Assembly: GCA_010909165.1 (NCBI GenBank)
Contig: MU008165.1
Span: forward strand, 1,240,001 to 1,304,000
Direction of reading: 5' to 3'
DNA length: 64,000 bases
From: Anthoceros angustus
Lineage: Eukaryota > Plantae > Anthocerotophyta
Part shown: piece after piece, positions 39,215 through 52,008 of the stretch
How the letters are laid out: every line of letters begins with the position of its first letter
Position numbering within the stretch: position 1 is the stretch's first letter
The notes under the pieces: model-generated
The model's input: the letters and a program-made list of their open reading frames with translations, nothing else
The model's database searches: none
Told to the model about the DNA's origin: nothing
Program-made: the position numbers and the translations under genes

Positions 39215-39925
39215 AGGTCAGCCCAAGTCTCCTTCCTACAGGAAGAAGATTCACCATGTCACTCTACCCACAGAAGCCGCATACAGGCCGTATGTATGCA
39301 CAGGCATGACGACGGAACCTGTACGATCCCTGCAGGCTGCAAATACTGAAAGTCCAAAATGCAGCCTGTACAGCCTGCCAATCCAAGTGTTCGGACCCTC
39401 CACCACGTCGGACTCCAAATCATGGGAAGCATGCCAAAACCACCTGCCGGCGTGTGCCGCAGGCGGGAAGGAGGTGCAGGAAATACGCCCGCAGCAAGAA
39501 CCATATATAACGCGACACCCAGGCTCCTGAGTCCTCTGGGCTGGACTGAATCTGGACACGAACTCCATGCCCCCCGCTGTCGCTTTTCCGCCCACCCCCA
39601 CTTCACCACCAGCGTTTGTGCCACATCCGCCACCACCCGGACCACAAATCTGCACTGCTTATCTCGATCGCCCCTCCCGGTTTGGGAGACCTTCATTTCT
39701 CCTCTCCACCCAGCACCTGAGCTGCCCAGAGAGCGCTCAGGCTGGCGGCCTGGTCACCAATTTCGTCCCTTCTTTGAGCCCGATTTGCATCATTTTGAAG
39801 GCATCTCCTATGCATGGCACAAAGCTCTGTTGCTGTTTTGTACCTCGCCGTCTCGCCCAAGACGAGCTGTCGTGGTGAGGACTACGAGAAGCTGGCAGGA
39901 GAGAGAGGATGGAGCGCACCAGAAC

Positions 39926-42764
39926 GGAGACCACCAGACTCTGCTGCCCAAGAGCAGCGCCAAATTGGCGCAGCAGGAGGGGTGTTCCGTGTGGAGTTTT
40001 GCGCAATGGGCGCTGCTGGTTTTGATGTGGGCGACTGGGGCGTTCTATGCCGTGGCCCTGCTCACACTGCCCACGAAAGGTGGGAGAGACATGTTGACGG
40101 AGTACTTGCTGGTGGCAGGGGGGAGCCAAATCTACGGGAGGGCTGGTGAGGAAAATTCTTGGTGTTGGAGGGGCAAGGGAAGGAGAAATGGTGCGTGGCT
40201 GATGGTCTGATCGGAAACTGCAGGGGCTGTTGCTGTTTTGTACTCGGTGCCTCTCCTGCTCATCGCTGTGTTGGCGGTTTTGTACCTCGCCGTCTCGCCC
40301 AAGACGAGCTCCAGGTTGGTTCCGGGAAGTGGGTTTGGTTCTGAGAGAAGGAAGTGAGGCAAGGCTGCACGAGTGTTTGAGACCAGGGAAGTGTTGGTGA
40401 TGCAGAGGCGGCAAGGCTCATGCTTCGGTGCCGAGTTTGTGGGCTCATCCTGTCATCGTGGATGGCCCTCTTGGTGTGGTGTCTGCTGCGGAGCTTATCG
40501 TTGTTGTGCTCTTCCTGGGCTACATCACCTGGGCACTGGCCAACTACTGGATCACGGATTTCCACAAGGCGGAGACTGAGAAGCTGCATTCGTTTGAGAA
40601 TGTGTGAGTAGTAAGCATCCGCTCGTGTCCTTTCCTGTCCCTGGATCCGTGTCTTATGAGGTGATCTGCTGTTTGTAACAGGCCACAGAGGAAATTGAAG
40701 TACGTGGGAATTCGTTCCGGATTCATCGGCCTGGTGGTCATGAGCTTCCTCTTTATCCCAGTGGCTCGTGGCTCTGTCTTGTTGCGCCTGCTGGACATCC
40801 CTTCGAGCATGCCGTCAAGTATCATGTGTGGATAGGCCACTTCATGATGGGGATCTTCACCTTTCACGGACTGTCGTTCCTGGTTTTGTGGATATGGCAA
40901 GGCAAGCTTGTTGAAGAGGTGGGTGCTGTCAGATGATGTTGGATGCTTTCCTGGCAAAGGTTTAGTACCACCTTGCCTGCCCGCCAACTAACACTGAGTT
41001 CGACATTCCTCTAGGTTTTCAAGTGGCAACAATTTGATATCGCCAACTTACCAGGAATCATCGCATACATTGCTGGGTTGGCCATGTGGGCTACTTCTCT
41101 CGGTCTGGTTCGGCAGTCCAACTTCGAGCTGTTTTTCTACACGCACCAACTCTACGTTGTGTTCGTCACCTTCTTGGCGCTTCATGTGGGAGATGCCATA
41201 TTTTCAGTTGCACTGGGTGCGCTCCTCTTGTTTGCCCTGGACCGGTTCCTCAGGTTCTGCCAGTCAAGAAGAGATGTTGGGTTGCTGTCAGCTCAGATAT
41301 TGCCTTGTGGCACACTGGAATTGGTGCTAGCAAAGCCTCCAAGTAAGAACCAACCTGTTTGCATCATTTTGAAGGCATCTCCTATGCATGGCACAAAGCT
41401 CTGGATAGCCTTACAGTCCTCTCTTTTGTGCAGAGCTGGCTTACAACTCTCTGAGTTTCCTCTTTCTGCAAATACCTTCCATCTCCTGGCTCCAATGGCA
41501 CCCCTTCAGTGTATCTTCAAGTCCTTACGACGGGGACAAACACATATCCTTTCTGATCAAGCCTTTGGGAACGTGGACTCAAAAGCTCAAAGACAGCATC
41601 TCGGCGAGTGTAGACCCCGCTGTCACTAATGGATCCAGCCATTGCCCATTCAAGCTGCGAGCTTCAGTCGAGGGACCTTATGGACACGAATCCAGTTACT
41701 ACTTGAAGTAAGAAACTTCTTCTGTGCACATCTCTGCGTTATCTTCAATCATACTGGTGACTTGCTGACTGATACTCCTGTGGCTCTCTCTAAAGGTATG
41801 ATTCGCTTGTTCTCGTTGCTGGTGGCATCGGAGTGTCACCCTTCATCGCCATTCTCCGCGATCTTCTGCACCGATATCAGAAGGATGATACGGAACTTCC
41901 TGTGGATGTTACCCTTATTTGGGCTGTCAAGAAGTCTGATGAGCTGCATGTTCTGGATCTTCTATCTCCTGCTTCCATATGTCCTGGTTTTGAATCCCTT
42001 GTCACCATAAACGTCCAAGTCTTCGTCACCCAGGAAGCAGGACCTGACCTTGAGTCCCGTGCGGGGGAAGCCCCAGCCAAGACCCCAGTCTCCGCATTTC
42101 TAGATCCCAGTGGAGCAGAGAAACCACTCTCAGGTCTGGCTGCGACTGGCAGCAATTTTTGGGCAGGTGTTCTCATCCTGTCATCCGTCCTTGGCTATCT
42201 GGTTGTCGCCGGGCTTGCCAATGTGTACTATCTGATTCCTGTAGACCACGCCACGTATTCCATAGTTCCATGGTGGGTGAGGGGATTGATCGTATTGATC
42301 AGCATAGTGCTGGGTGTAGTCTTGTTTGGAGGCTCTGCGATCGCGCTCTGGAACCACTCGCTAGGATGGGGCAAGACGAGCTGTCGTGGTGAGGACTACG
42401 AGAAGCTGGCAGGAGAGAGAGAGGATGGAGCGCACCAGAACGGTGAACGGTCCGTTGATAACAATGTAAGGTTGATCCAGCCCGCAAACGTTCACTATGG
42501 GGCGAGACCTAACCTCGAAGGTACGGTGCCACTTCTTTCCAGCTCTAATTTCTTCCCTGCTTGCCTTGAAGGAAGAAACTTGACATCCGTATGCCAAATG
42601 CAGAACTTTTCGAAGGCCTTGCAAAGCGCTTGGCAGGCTCAAGTATTGGAGTCTTGGTCTGCGGTCCAGTTGGAATGCAAAGCTCTGTTGCTGCGGAATG
42701 TAGACAGCACAACATTGCTGGTAGGGTCGCATTCAACTACCATTCTGTCAGCTTCGACCTCTGA
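39926..42764 (+). CDS. FRO: Ferric reduction oxidase (FRO6/7/8-like), copy 2: most complete; start missing through a chimeric 5' junction; one apparent 1-bp frameshift at about 40800
   Basis: Ferric reductase TM, FAD-binding ([10 protein letters not shown]) and NAD-binding ([17 protein letters not shown]) exons, ending ...[10 protein letters not shown] at 42762-42764; atcccttcgag needs one extra base to read [11 protein letters not shown]. Confidence 0.8.
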
Positions 42765-42964
42765 AGATGTACCATTAGATCCCGATATCAACAACACTTA
42801 TTGTAAAGGCTACCATATAGGTGTACACGATGACAACAACCAGGAGAGTGAGTACGTCACTAACAAAATTGATGTAGGCAGCCTGTACGTACAAAATTCT
42901 CACGGCTAGTGAGATGATTGAAGCGCTGAACATGCCCATTGCAAATATGCCACGTCGATACTCA

Positions 42965-45166
42965 TCAGTAGTCGTCATCGACGTCGTCATCGTCGTCTTG
43001 GTCGAAAATGGCATACTCTTCTACATCCTCACCCCCCACCGTTCCCTGCTGCGCATCACCCTTCCCTGAGAACTCCTCTAAGAGGGACTGAAGATAGCTG
43101 TTAGACATGGATTCCATACCCATGTCTCTAAAGCCAGAAACAGGTCCTGACGCCATAGTCTCCTCCTCTTCCTCCATCTCCTCCTCCTCCTCTTCCTCCT
43201 CTTCAAAGTGGTCATCCACCTCATCAACAGCTTCGTCCTCTTCTTCGTCATTCAATTCATCCTCATCCTCATCCTCCTCATCGTTATCCTCGGTTTCTTC
43301 TAAAGGCAACGTTTCATTTCCCAAAGGTGATGCTTCATTCAACTGCACCCGAGTCTTCTGAGACGGACGGAAACCAGTCTTCACTCTCAGATCTTCATAG
43401 AAAGGATGATCGCCTAAGGTGAGATCCGGGTGAAAAGAGCTAGCATTTGGCAAATGACTTGCCACATCCCTTCTTCTTGGAGGCACGCGCAGCCGGTCAG
43501 TGCTCAGAACAGTGCCATCATCCGGGGCAGCAGGCTGAAATTTCACTCGTTGCAAGCTCTTCAGTTCAGCAGCCTCCACTGCCCTCGCCACCTCCCCTGG
43601 TACAAGACGAAGAAATCTGAGCCTCACATGAAGCCTAATTTTCTCTAGAGTCCCCCTTTTGAACCATCCTGTGGACGCACCGCAGGTGGCCCGTTCCGCA
43701 GGCTTCTTTATTTCAGCCTGGATGAAATCATCTTCAAGATCACAGAGCTTCAAAGACGAGAAGATTCATTAGCACGACACCAACAGCCAGGATAGGCAGG
43801 GCTCAACAAACGAAAAAAAAACACAGATGCTCCAAACCCACAAGAGCCAGCAACCACATGGACACCCTCCATCAAGTACCTGAAAGAAGGAAAACTTCTT
43901 TCGTGGGGCCACCTTGAACATGCACATGTCTTTCCAAGCAGGCTCGCTTTCCTTCTTGTCCCGTCGGATGTACTCATCAAGATTCGGCTTTCTCACAATC
44001 AGGGGTACCCTGTAGTCCATGATTTGGTACTTGCGGGATTCAGGATCAGACCTCGGGTCATAACCATTCCTGATCCACGTCATCCGGTAAGGTCCATACC
44101 CAAAGCAGTAAGCAGTTCTGAGAAACAGCCGTTTGACCTGGGACCCATTGAGCACTACCCCCTGCAAACCAAAGCAACAACCAAGTCTCCTGATAAACAA
44201 AAAGACTAAAGCACCACACAACCAAGCAAGCACCACCGAAAACACTACCTCCTCCTCTAGCCTCTCCAGCAGACGGGGTTTAGACCAAATCGGCCTCTCC
44301 CTGAAAAGCCTGCCCAGGGTCGACTGACAGAAGTGCTCGTCACTCCCCTTCTCCAGCCTCTCCTCCCAGATAATCTCCGGGGGGATCTCCTTGCTCTTGA
44401 AATCCAGACCCAAGACCTTCCCCCCGAAAACACCCTGCTGCACCAAAACAGAGGGCTCACGAGACGGCTGCTGCGCCACGGTCCTCAACCTGGTGAACTC
44501 CACCGGCCGCAGCACAACATCATCCGGCATGTCCTTCAAGGAGAACAAAGGAGGCACGATCATCATCATATCCACGTCCTGCACCCCCTCCTCCCGTCCC
44601 CTCCCCGCCTCTTCGTGCTGCCCCTGGCCGCAGCCGCGTGCACCCCGAGCACGTACTGGTAATCCGCCATTCCATCGAAGGAGTACTCATGCTCCACCAG
44701 GCCGACCACATCGGCCCGGACCCCACCCGCTCCTCCCCGCTCTCGGCTCCCCGTCCGCCCCCGATGCCGCTCTGAAACCAGCACCATTCACACGTCACAA
44801 ACCCTCCGCAACACATGCAACCAAGAGCTTCCGTTGCAAACGCACTCTTGCCCTTGCCCTTGCCCTTGCCATTGCCAGTGCCATTCCCATTCCGCTGTTG
44901 TCTTGCCTGCTGATGCGCAGGAGCAGATTGGAGGTTGCCGAGGCCTCCCCGAACGTAGGATGCGCGCAGGGATCCTCCGGCCGGAAGCGCAGCTCCAGAA
45001 AGTTGCCCTCAGACTCCCTGGCCTTGGCCAGGGCTTCGCGTCCACCCAGCGTCTCCACAGCCCGCGCCACCGAGCTCGGGTAGCCAGGGTAGTGCACCGC
45101 GAACAGCTTCTGCGCCGGCAACACGCCGCTCACGCAGCCGTCCTCCACCACGCCCATGGTCGACAC
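42965..45166 (-). CDS. GTF3C5: General transcription factor IIIC subunit 5 (Tau95/Tfc1/GTF3C5), multi-exon
   Basis: FAVHYPGYP, AVETLGG, LRFRPEDP, GMADYQY, LFRERPIWS, GPYRMTWIRNGYDPRSDPESRKYQ, GWF and an acidic C-terminal tail; possible 1-bp indel near 44892. Confidence 0.9.
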
Positions 45167-45581
45167 CTTCCCGCACGCTCGGTGTAAACGCTGCTCCTTC
45201 CCCGCCTCCTGGATTCACCTCTACGCGATCCAAGTGCAGGGAGACCATTACGATTTCAGCGTCCCGTCTTCTCTTCTCTCACAGCTCCCGGTTCGATTCA
45301 TGCATCCATAACCCATCGAGCCTCGAGCCATCACGCCTCAGCCTGCCCTCCAGTCTCAATCCCCAAGCACTGAATAACAACGAAAACCGACGAGTGCAAG
45401 ATTCGACATCGTGCCGGCATCTCACAAAACTTCCACCAAACCAAATATCCAGGTCTGGTGTGTGGGGTGCTGCTGTCTTCACCGTTTGATATTTGGCGTA
45501 TCTATGAGGAACCTGAAATGGAAAGGAAAAAGCACAAGCTTGGGACCGCTGTGAGGGAGTGATGACCTTCTTTGTACAAGT

Positions 45582-48103
45582 AGAAGAAGAAGAGGACTTT
45601 TATTTTAAGTCCACTAAGGACGGATTTCCGTCATGGGACTTGTACTTAACAACTTGTACCATGGTATGCCTAAGCTACTTGCACTAAGGCACCCCATCTA
45701 AGTACCGATCCAAGCACAGGATGCTTAATAACCACGTTCTTATAAATGTGTGTCCATTTGGACAAACATGGTGCAACTGAGTACCGAGTCCCATAAAAGA
45801 AAATTCCGTCCCGATGGAGTATAATAGATTTTTCTTCTTCAAACCTTGCGGGCATGGAGATCTATCATGGCGCGGCTCAGCTCAACGTGGATTTCTCTAT
45901 ATGGCATACCACACAGGTGCACAATACCAAGGTGGAGATTTAAATGAAAAGACGCAGGCTAATGGACCCTGCGCACAAGGCCCATGAAGTTTGGTGTTCT
46001 CCCTTGTAAGAAAGGCATGTGCTTGCGATAAACAGCAACAAGGGCATGTGCCCTTTAAGCATGCGGTGGAATCCGGTGCAGGTAGAGATCAACTAGCTGC
46101 AAACTAAAAATTCTTCTCTTCATGCAGAGAATGAGATCCGATGCCTCGGGGGCAACATCTTGGGGTCATCTCTTGGACCTCTGACACAACTCTAACTACC
46201 TCCACAAACGAGGAGAGACCAATCTTTCTCTTCTCTTCGTGCTATAGAGAACGCCTTGCACTAACAACCAGCACAGAACATGTTAGGGCTTGTCAGTGCT
46301 TTGGCATCCCTTGATAGCTTCCACCGCTTAAAGCTTTGGGATACTTTCGCTGCACCTCCGACCCAAGAATGATCATGGATCTCGGATTGGGACTTTGAGC
46401 TTGTTTCTAAGCAATACAAAAATCAAACACCATGGTTAAAACGCTATGCATCATGTCGCAACTTTCCTAGGCTCGGGTTCGATGCATGTGTCCATTGATC
46501 ATATTTAACCCCATAACGACGAGGCCCTTTTTCGGCTTTTCGGGTGATTTGAATAAAAATTTAATACCTCTGTTCTCTCCTGCGTCATTACCTAAATGGT
46601 TAGTTCCGTCCTCTCATTTGGTGGAAAAAAAACAGAGGCCAATGATTGCAATGTTGCTTTATAAAGGCATTCAAGACTAAATTTTACAAAGCAATTTACA
46701 ATCTTATAACAACACATGATCGAGACGTGTCCTACAACAACTATGATCAAGAGGTCGCCTATAATAACGTATAATTGAGACGTCTCCTATGACAATGTAT
46801 GATTGAGACGTCTCATTAAGATTACAACGTCAATTACAATGGTGTTTGACAAAGCCATTGCAATTGCAAGCTTGCATTTGACAAGCCATTGCAAACTTGA
46901 CAAAACTGTTATGCCCTGTGACACTAATCTGAGCGCTTGGGTTTAGTGTTTGATTAGTGTTGATTAATCTAATTACCGTACTTCAAAGGGTGATTTGATG
47001 TTAATTAATGAAAATTAGTAAAAATTGAAAATCCAGAAATTACTATACTTAAAACACCAAATGTGTAAAAGTTTATGAGTTTAGGATGCAAAAAATAAGG
47101 AAAAGGTAAGGAGTGGGCCGGCGGGGTTTGTGAGATCAAGCAGCCCTGATCGAGATCGGGATCGCCCGAGAACGCATGGATCCCGATCTCGATCAGGCCC
47201 CACTCGCAGAGCGCTGGGCCTACGAGCCCATCCACGGCGCGCTGCGAGGTGAGCGATCACCTGCGGCGGGCGCAAGGCGGTAAGGCGGCGATTGGCTGGC
47301 AGCGGCGAGGCCTTAAGAGGTAGGGAGGCAGCGGAGGCTGAGGCCCTAGGAGGTAGCGGAGGCTGAGGCCCTAGGAGGCAGCGGAGGCTGAGGCCTTAGG
47401 AGGCAGCGGAGGCAGCTGCTTGCAGCCTCAAGAGGCAGCTGCCTGCAACCTCCGGAGGCAGTGGAGGCTTCTGCCTGCAGCCCTCCAGAGTCAACAGAGG
47501 GCTACTGCCTGCAGCCTTTAGAGTCAACAGAGGATGCAGCCTGCAGCCTCCAAAGTCAACTGAGGCTGCTGCCTGTAGCCTCAGGAGGCAGCAAAGGCTC
47601 ATGTCTGCAGCCTCTGGAGGCTGCTGTAAGCAGCTGAGGCTGTTGCAAGCAGCTAGAAACTATGGCTTGTTTAGAACTAGAGCTTGTTTGAAAACCTAGA
47701 GGTTTTATGGGACACTAGGGTTTGTATGGAAAATTAGGGCTTATTTAGGGGAGGCCTACACATATCTATTACTTCTATATATATACCTATGTATTTTAAT
47801 AAATTTTAAAATTTAATAAATCTATTTTCATAAATATTAAAAATTTTAAAAATATAAATATTTATGATGAACCTTAGGTGTGTCCAAATGGCTTAGGCCA
47901 AATGGACACACCTTTATAAGAACGTCGTGATTAAGCATCCTGAGCTTAGATCGGTACTTAGATGGTACTTAGATGGGGTGCGTGAAGGGAGTGGATGCCG
48001 TTGGTGCAAATAGCTTAGGCACACCATGGTACAAGTTGTTAAGTACCAAATCCCATGATGGAAATCCATCCTTAATGGACTTAAATAGACTTCTTCTTCT
48101 TCT
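45582..48103. mobile_element. Non-autonomous element bounded by about 180-200-bp inverted repeats (MULE/MITE-like)
   Basis: 45582-45761 is the imperfect reverse complement of 47898-48103 (e.g. tgtacttaacaacttgtaccatgg versus ccatggtacaagttgttaagtac); no transposase ORF; TSD not resolved. Confidence 0.6.
47320..47640. repeat. GC-rich gaggctgaggccctaggaggcagcg-type tandem and inverted subrepeats
   Basis: Three to four copies of an approximately 24-bp unit, followed by reverse-oriented gcagcctc variants. Confidence 0.7.
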
Positions 48104-48336
48104 TATTTTTCAAAAAACAAATTTATTTCGGCATTACCCTGATGAACCACCCCTCGAGGATATGGTATTTATCTTTAAGTAATTCATTATTATCTATATT
48201 TCCATCCTTAATGGACTTAAATAGACTTCTTCTTCTTCTTCTTATTTTTCAAAAAACAAATTTATTTCGGCATTACCCTGATGAACCACCCCTCGAGGAT
48301 ATGGTATTTATCTTTAAGTAATTCATTATTATCTAT
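48065..48336. repeat. Tandem duplication, about 136 bp x2
   Basis: tccatccttaatggactt...aattcattattatctat starts at 48065 and again at 48201. Confidence 0.9.
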
Positions 48337-49711
48337 TAATCTAAAAAATTTATGTTAATTAAGTGTTGATTAGTGTTAATTAACCATGGTTACAAATAGC
48401 TAAGTGGATAAGCACAAATAATATGCTTTAGGACATTCCTTGCATATTATAGTATATTCCTAGGATATTATGCATATTCCTTGCATATTATAGTGTATTC
48501 TTAGGATATTAAAGCATATTCCTTGCGTATTATAGTGTATTCTTAAAATATTAATGCATATTCCTTGCATATTATAGTGTATTCTTAGGATATTTTTCGA
48601 CAAAAGATATCTTAGGAATATGCGGATATCTTGGGAATATGTCGATGCCAAGAGGATATCTTATAAATATGCCGATGCCAAAAGGATATCTTATAAATAA
48701 GATAATATCTTAGGAATATCGATGCGAGGCCAGTATATATAGACCCATTCATAGAGACAAGCTCATCAGCTTGTCCTCCGAAATGCTCAGCAGTTGCAGG
48801 AGGCCAGTTATGACTCAAGAGCGTGTGTGAGGTGTGTGTTGTTCTTGTAGGGGGAGTGTGTTTGTGCCACAACGTCTAAGCTACTCTCCTATTGTTATTG
48901 GTTTGCACCTATATTTGCATATTAGATTTGTTTTGCTCGTTATCTGCAAGGGAAGTGCTCAAGTACCTACCACGTGCGACGAAGGCACGACAAGCTTGAC
49001 AAGCCGTCTTGCACACCTAACAATTTACGTTGCATGTAATGCTCGAGGTAAGATCTTGCATTTATATTCATGAGCACGTCCTTTGCAGATAACCGAGCAA
49101 AACAAATCTAATATGCAAATATAGATGGAAAACAATAACAATAGGAGAGAGTAGCTCACACGTTGTGGCACAAACACACTTCCCCCACAAGAACAATTCG
49201 CAAAATTCCTCACACATCGCTCTTGGAGTCATAGCTTTGGCCTCCTCACAACACTCTTATATTGGATATCTAGAGCACAAGCTATGATGTGAGCTTGTCA
49301 TCTGTCAAAGGTCTATATATACTAGCCCTTGGCATCAACATTTTCCTAAGATATTCTCTTGGCATTGGCATATTTATAAGATATTCTTTTGGCATCAGCA
49401 TATTCCTAAGATATAGTTTTGGCATCGACAAATGTCGAGAAATATCCTAAGAATACACAATAATATGCAAGGAATATACAGTAATATCCTAAGAATACAC
49501 TATAATATGCAAGAAATACCCTAAAGCATATTATTTGTGCTTATCCACTTAGCTATTTCTAACCATGTTTAATTAACACTAATCAATACTTAATTCACAT
49601 AAGTGCTTATATTAATTAATAATATTACTTGAAAGATAAATAATCATAATAATTAACACTAATCAAATACTAAACCCAAGAGCTCATATTATTGTCACGT
49701 ATGGCATGACA
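48300..49711. mobile_element. Foldback-like long imperfect inverted repeat (arms about 48300-48961 and 49071-49711; detached outer tip at 46907-46965)
   Basis: The arms are reverse complements throughout (e.g. gctaagtggataagcacaaataatatgcttta versus taaagcatattatttgtgcttatccacttagc) and contain about 42-bp tandem subrepeats; loop about 110 nt. Confidence 0.8.
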
Positions 49712-50719
49712 CATGATAGCTATATCGATCTAAGATTGTATTACAATTACAATCAGCCCTTTCTAATTGGGACTACATGGGAGTTGCTCTTGAGGTCCCA
49801 TAAATGGTGATGTCATAATTAGATTTTTAAAATTAATAAATAAGAAAAAAGAGAAGAGAGAAAGTCAAAGTTTTATTGATATGTTTCAAAAAAAATAACC
49901 ACTCTCTACCTATTTGCTTCACAGCTAGCACTTTCTCTGAGAGGCATTAAAAAAACTTTATTTATCAAAGAGGAAAACATCATGCATAGAAGTCTTCAAC
50001 CATACTCAAGAGTCTATTGAGTCACATTATGAATTACTTTTTAAAGTCTCAATAAATATATATTTATATTTATTTAAAATATATGTACTCAGTAATCACA
50101 TTAGAGGATGTACAACTGTGTTGAAAGTGAAAACGTAATTGGAACAATTTGTCCCAATTACCTTTTCACGTTCTCAATTACTAGATCTAGGTCTGTATCA
50201 CTCACATGTCTAGATTTTGTAGGGTCATGAAACGGGGCACGAGGAATGACTAGTTCTTTAGATTTCGTGATCCGTCTTATACTTTGCTACGACCGTACAA
50301 GCTAGCTTAGTGGAGATAGGACGGTTTTCATTCATTGTGATCGGGTTTTCATACATGTGCTGGGGACTGGCCAAGAAGTAGGCGTTCCTGCCCAACAACC
50401 AGGGTTGTTGGGCCGTTAAAGGTTTGTTAAAGTTAGTTTTCCCTAAGTAAAATACTTAATCCCAATTTAGCGGCTAGTTAATCTAGGGTTATTTACCGAT
50501 TCGACTTAACGGCTACACAAAGTTAGGTTCGTCCAAAAGTCGTCTTCAACCTGGTTGTCTGTTTCGTTATGCGATTTTCGTTAGGTACCTTCTGGGTCGG
50601 TTCCTGCTGCCTCGTCCGGCTATGGCTGGAGGCGGCTTCGTTCCCGATAGCTATACACGCAGACTGGCCATTGTTGTGCGTGTGTCATTCTCCCCCACTT
50701 AAGCTAGCCAGGTCCTCCT

Positions 50720-52008
50720 GGCCGATTTGTCTGGAGCTCGGGAAGCTGTCATCTGAGCCCGCAAGTGAGGGAAGTGATTGCAAAAGGCTGCGGGTTCCCA
50801 TGTCGCTCGGTCGGGTTTACTGTCTAGGCCACGAGTCACACACGAGCGAGGCGGAGGCGGCAGTCATGTTGGAGGATCTGATGGGGCTGGTGAGGGACAA
50901 AACTTGGCGGCTGGGCTAGGGTTTTCAACCAGCCGGAGCGGTGGCGTGGGGCAGCCGAGGCACCAGGAGGCTGGGAAGAAGGGTGTGATCTGGTTGGCAG
51001 TCGTGAGGAGAATCAGTGGGTGTCTGAGGTAGGGTTGTGGCGGCGGGTGGCGGGCGGAGATCACCGGCTTGAGCATGGAGGCGTGAAGCGTCTGCGACGC
51101 CCGGGTCGGGGGGAGTGTATGAGCTTTGGGGTTGATCCGCTAGACAATGTGAAGGGTCGCGTCAGTAGGATAGCTTGTCCGCCGGATTAGAGCTGGGTAG
51201 CGGTGAGGTTTCACGCCACACACTGGCCGTATTGTAGCCGGCGGTGTTTGTTGGCTGATCTGCAGGATCTGTCCCGGGCAGCGAGGAGTTTCTCCTTCGC
51301 CAACTTGACCTCATGCCAGATATCCTCCGCAACCTCGGTGCCTGCGCCCGCCCTCACAATGGGCCCTGGTGTGTGGCGGAGTTTCTCCATAGAGGAGCTT
51401 GAACGGGGCCACCCCTGTAGCCGCATGCTTCGACGAGTTGTAGGCGTACTCCAGCACAGGGAGGAGTTCTTCCCACCTAGTCTATTTCTCATGAGTGAAG
51501 TGACGAAGCATGTCTTCCAGGACCTGGTTTTGTTTCTCAGTTTGCCCGTCTGTTTCTGGATGATATGCTGACGACATGTTTTGCTTGATGCCCAGGGTTT
51601 CCATGAATGTCCTCCAGAACCCTGAGGTGACCTTAGCATCCCGGTCAGAGACGATGTCTTCTGGGGCTCCATGCAACCTGAAGATCTCCCGGACGAAGAC
51701 TCCAGCTAGCTTGGATGTTGTGATGGTGGAGGTCACAGGAACAAAATGGCAGACCTTGGAGAACACATCGGTGACCACCGGATCATCCTTTCGGGTAATG
51801 CGTGGCGGGGTGTGAGTGATGAAGTCCATGGCAATTGACCTGAATCGTCCACTTGGAATTTGCAGGGGCAATAGCAGACCTGGCATCTTCTAATGGCTGG
51901 GCTTGGCTTGCTGGCAGGACTGGCAGGAGCGCACCCATTCGATGCAGTCAGCGTGCATCCCTTCCCAATGGAAGTGCTCCTTGACTTTGGCATATGTCTT
52001 GTCAACCC
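50720..52008 (-). pseudogene. Gypsy integrase (Zn-binding part, core) and chromodomain, disrupted
   Basis: VDKTYAKVKEHFHW...CQSCQ, IAMDFIT, SDRDAKVTSGFW, SSAYHPETDGQTE, LHASMLKP and RATWEP motifs, with stops and frameshifts. Confidence 0.85.

Noticed and set aside
41833-42909. 358-aa ORF as a stand-alone protein
   Set aside because: It is a large FRO exon reading through the last intron into the wrong frame; the spliced gene stops at 42764.
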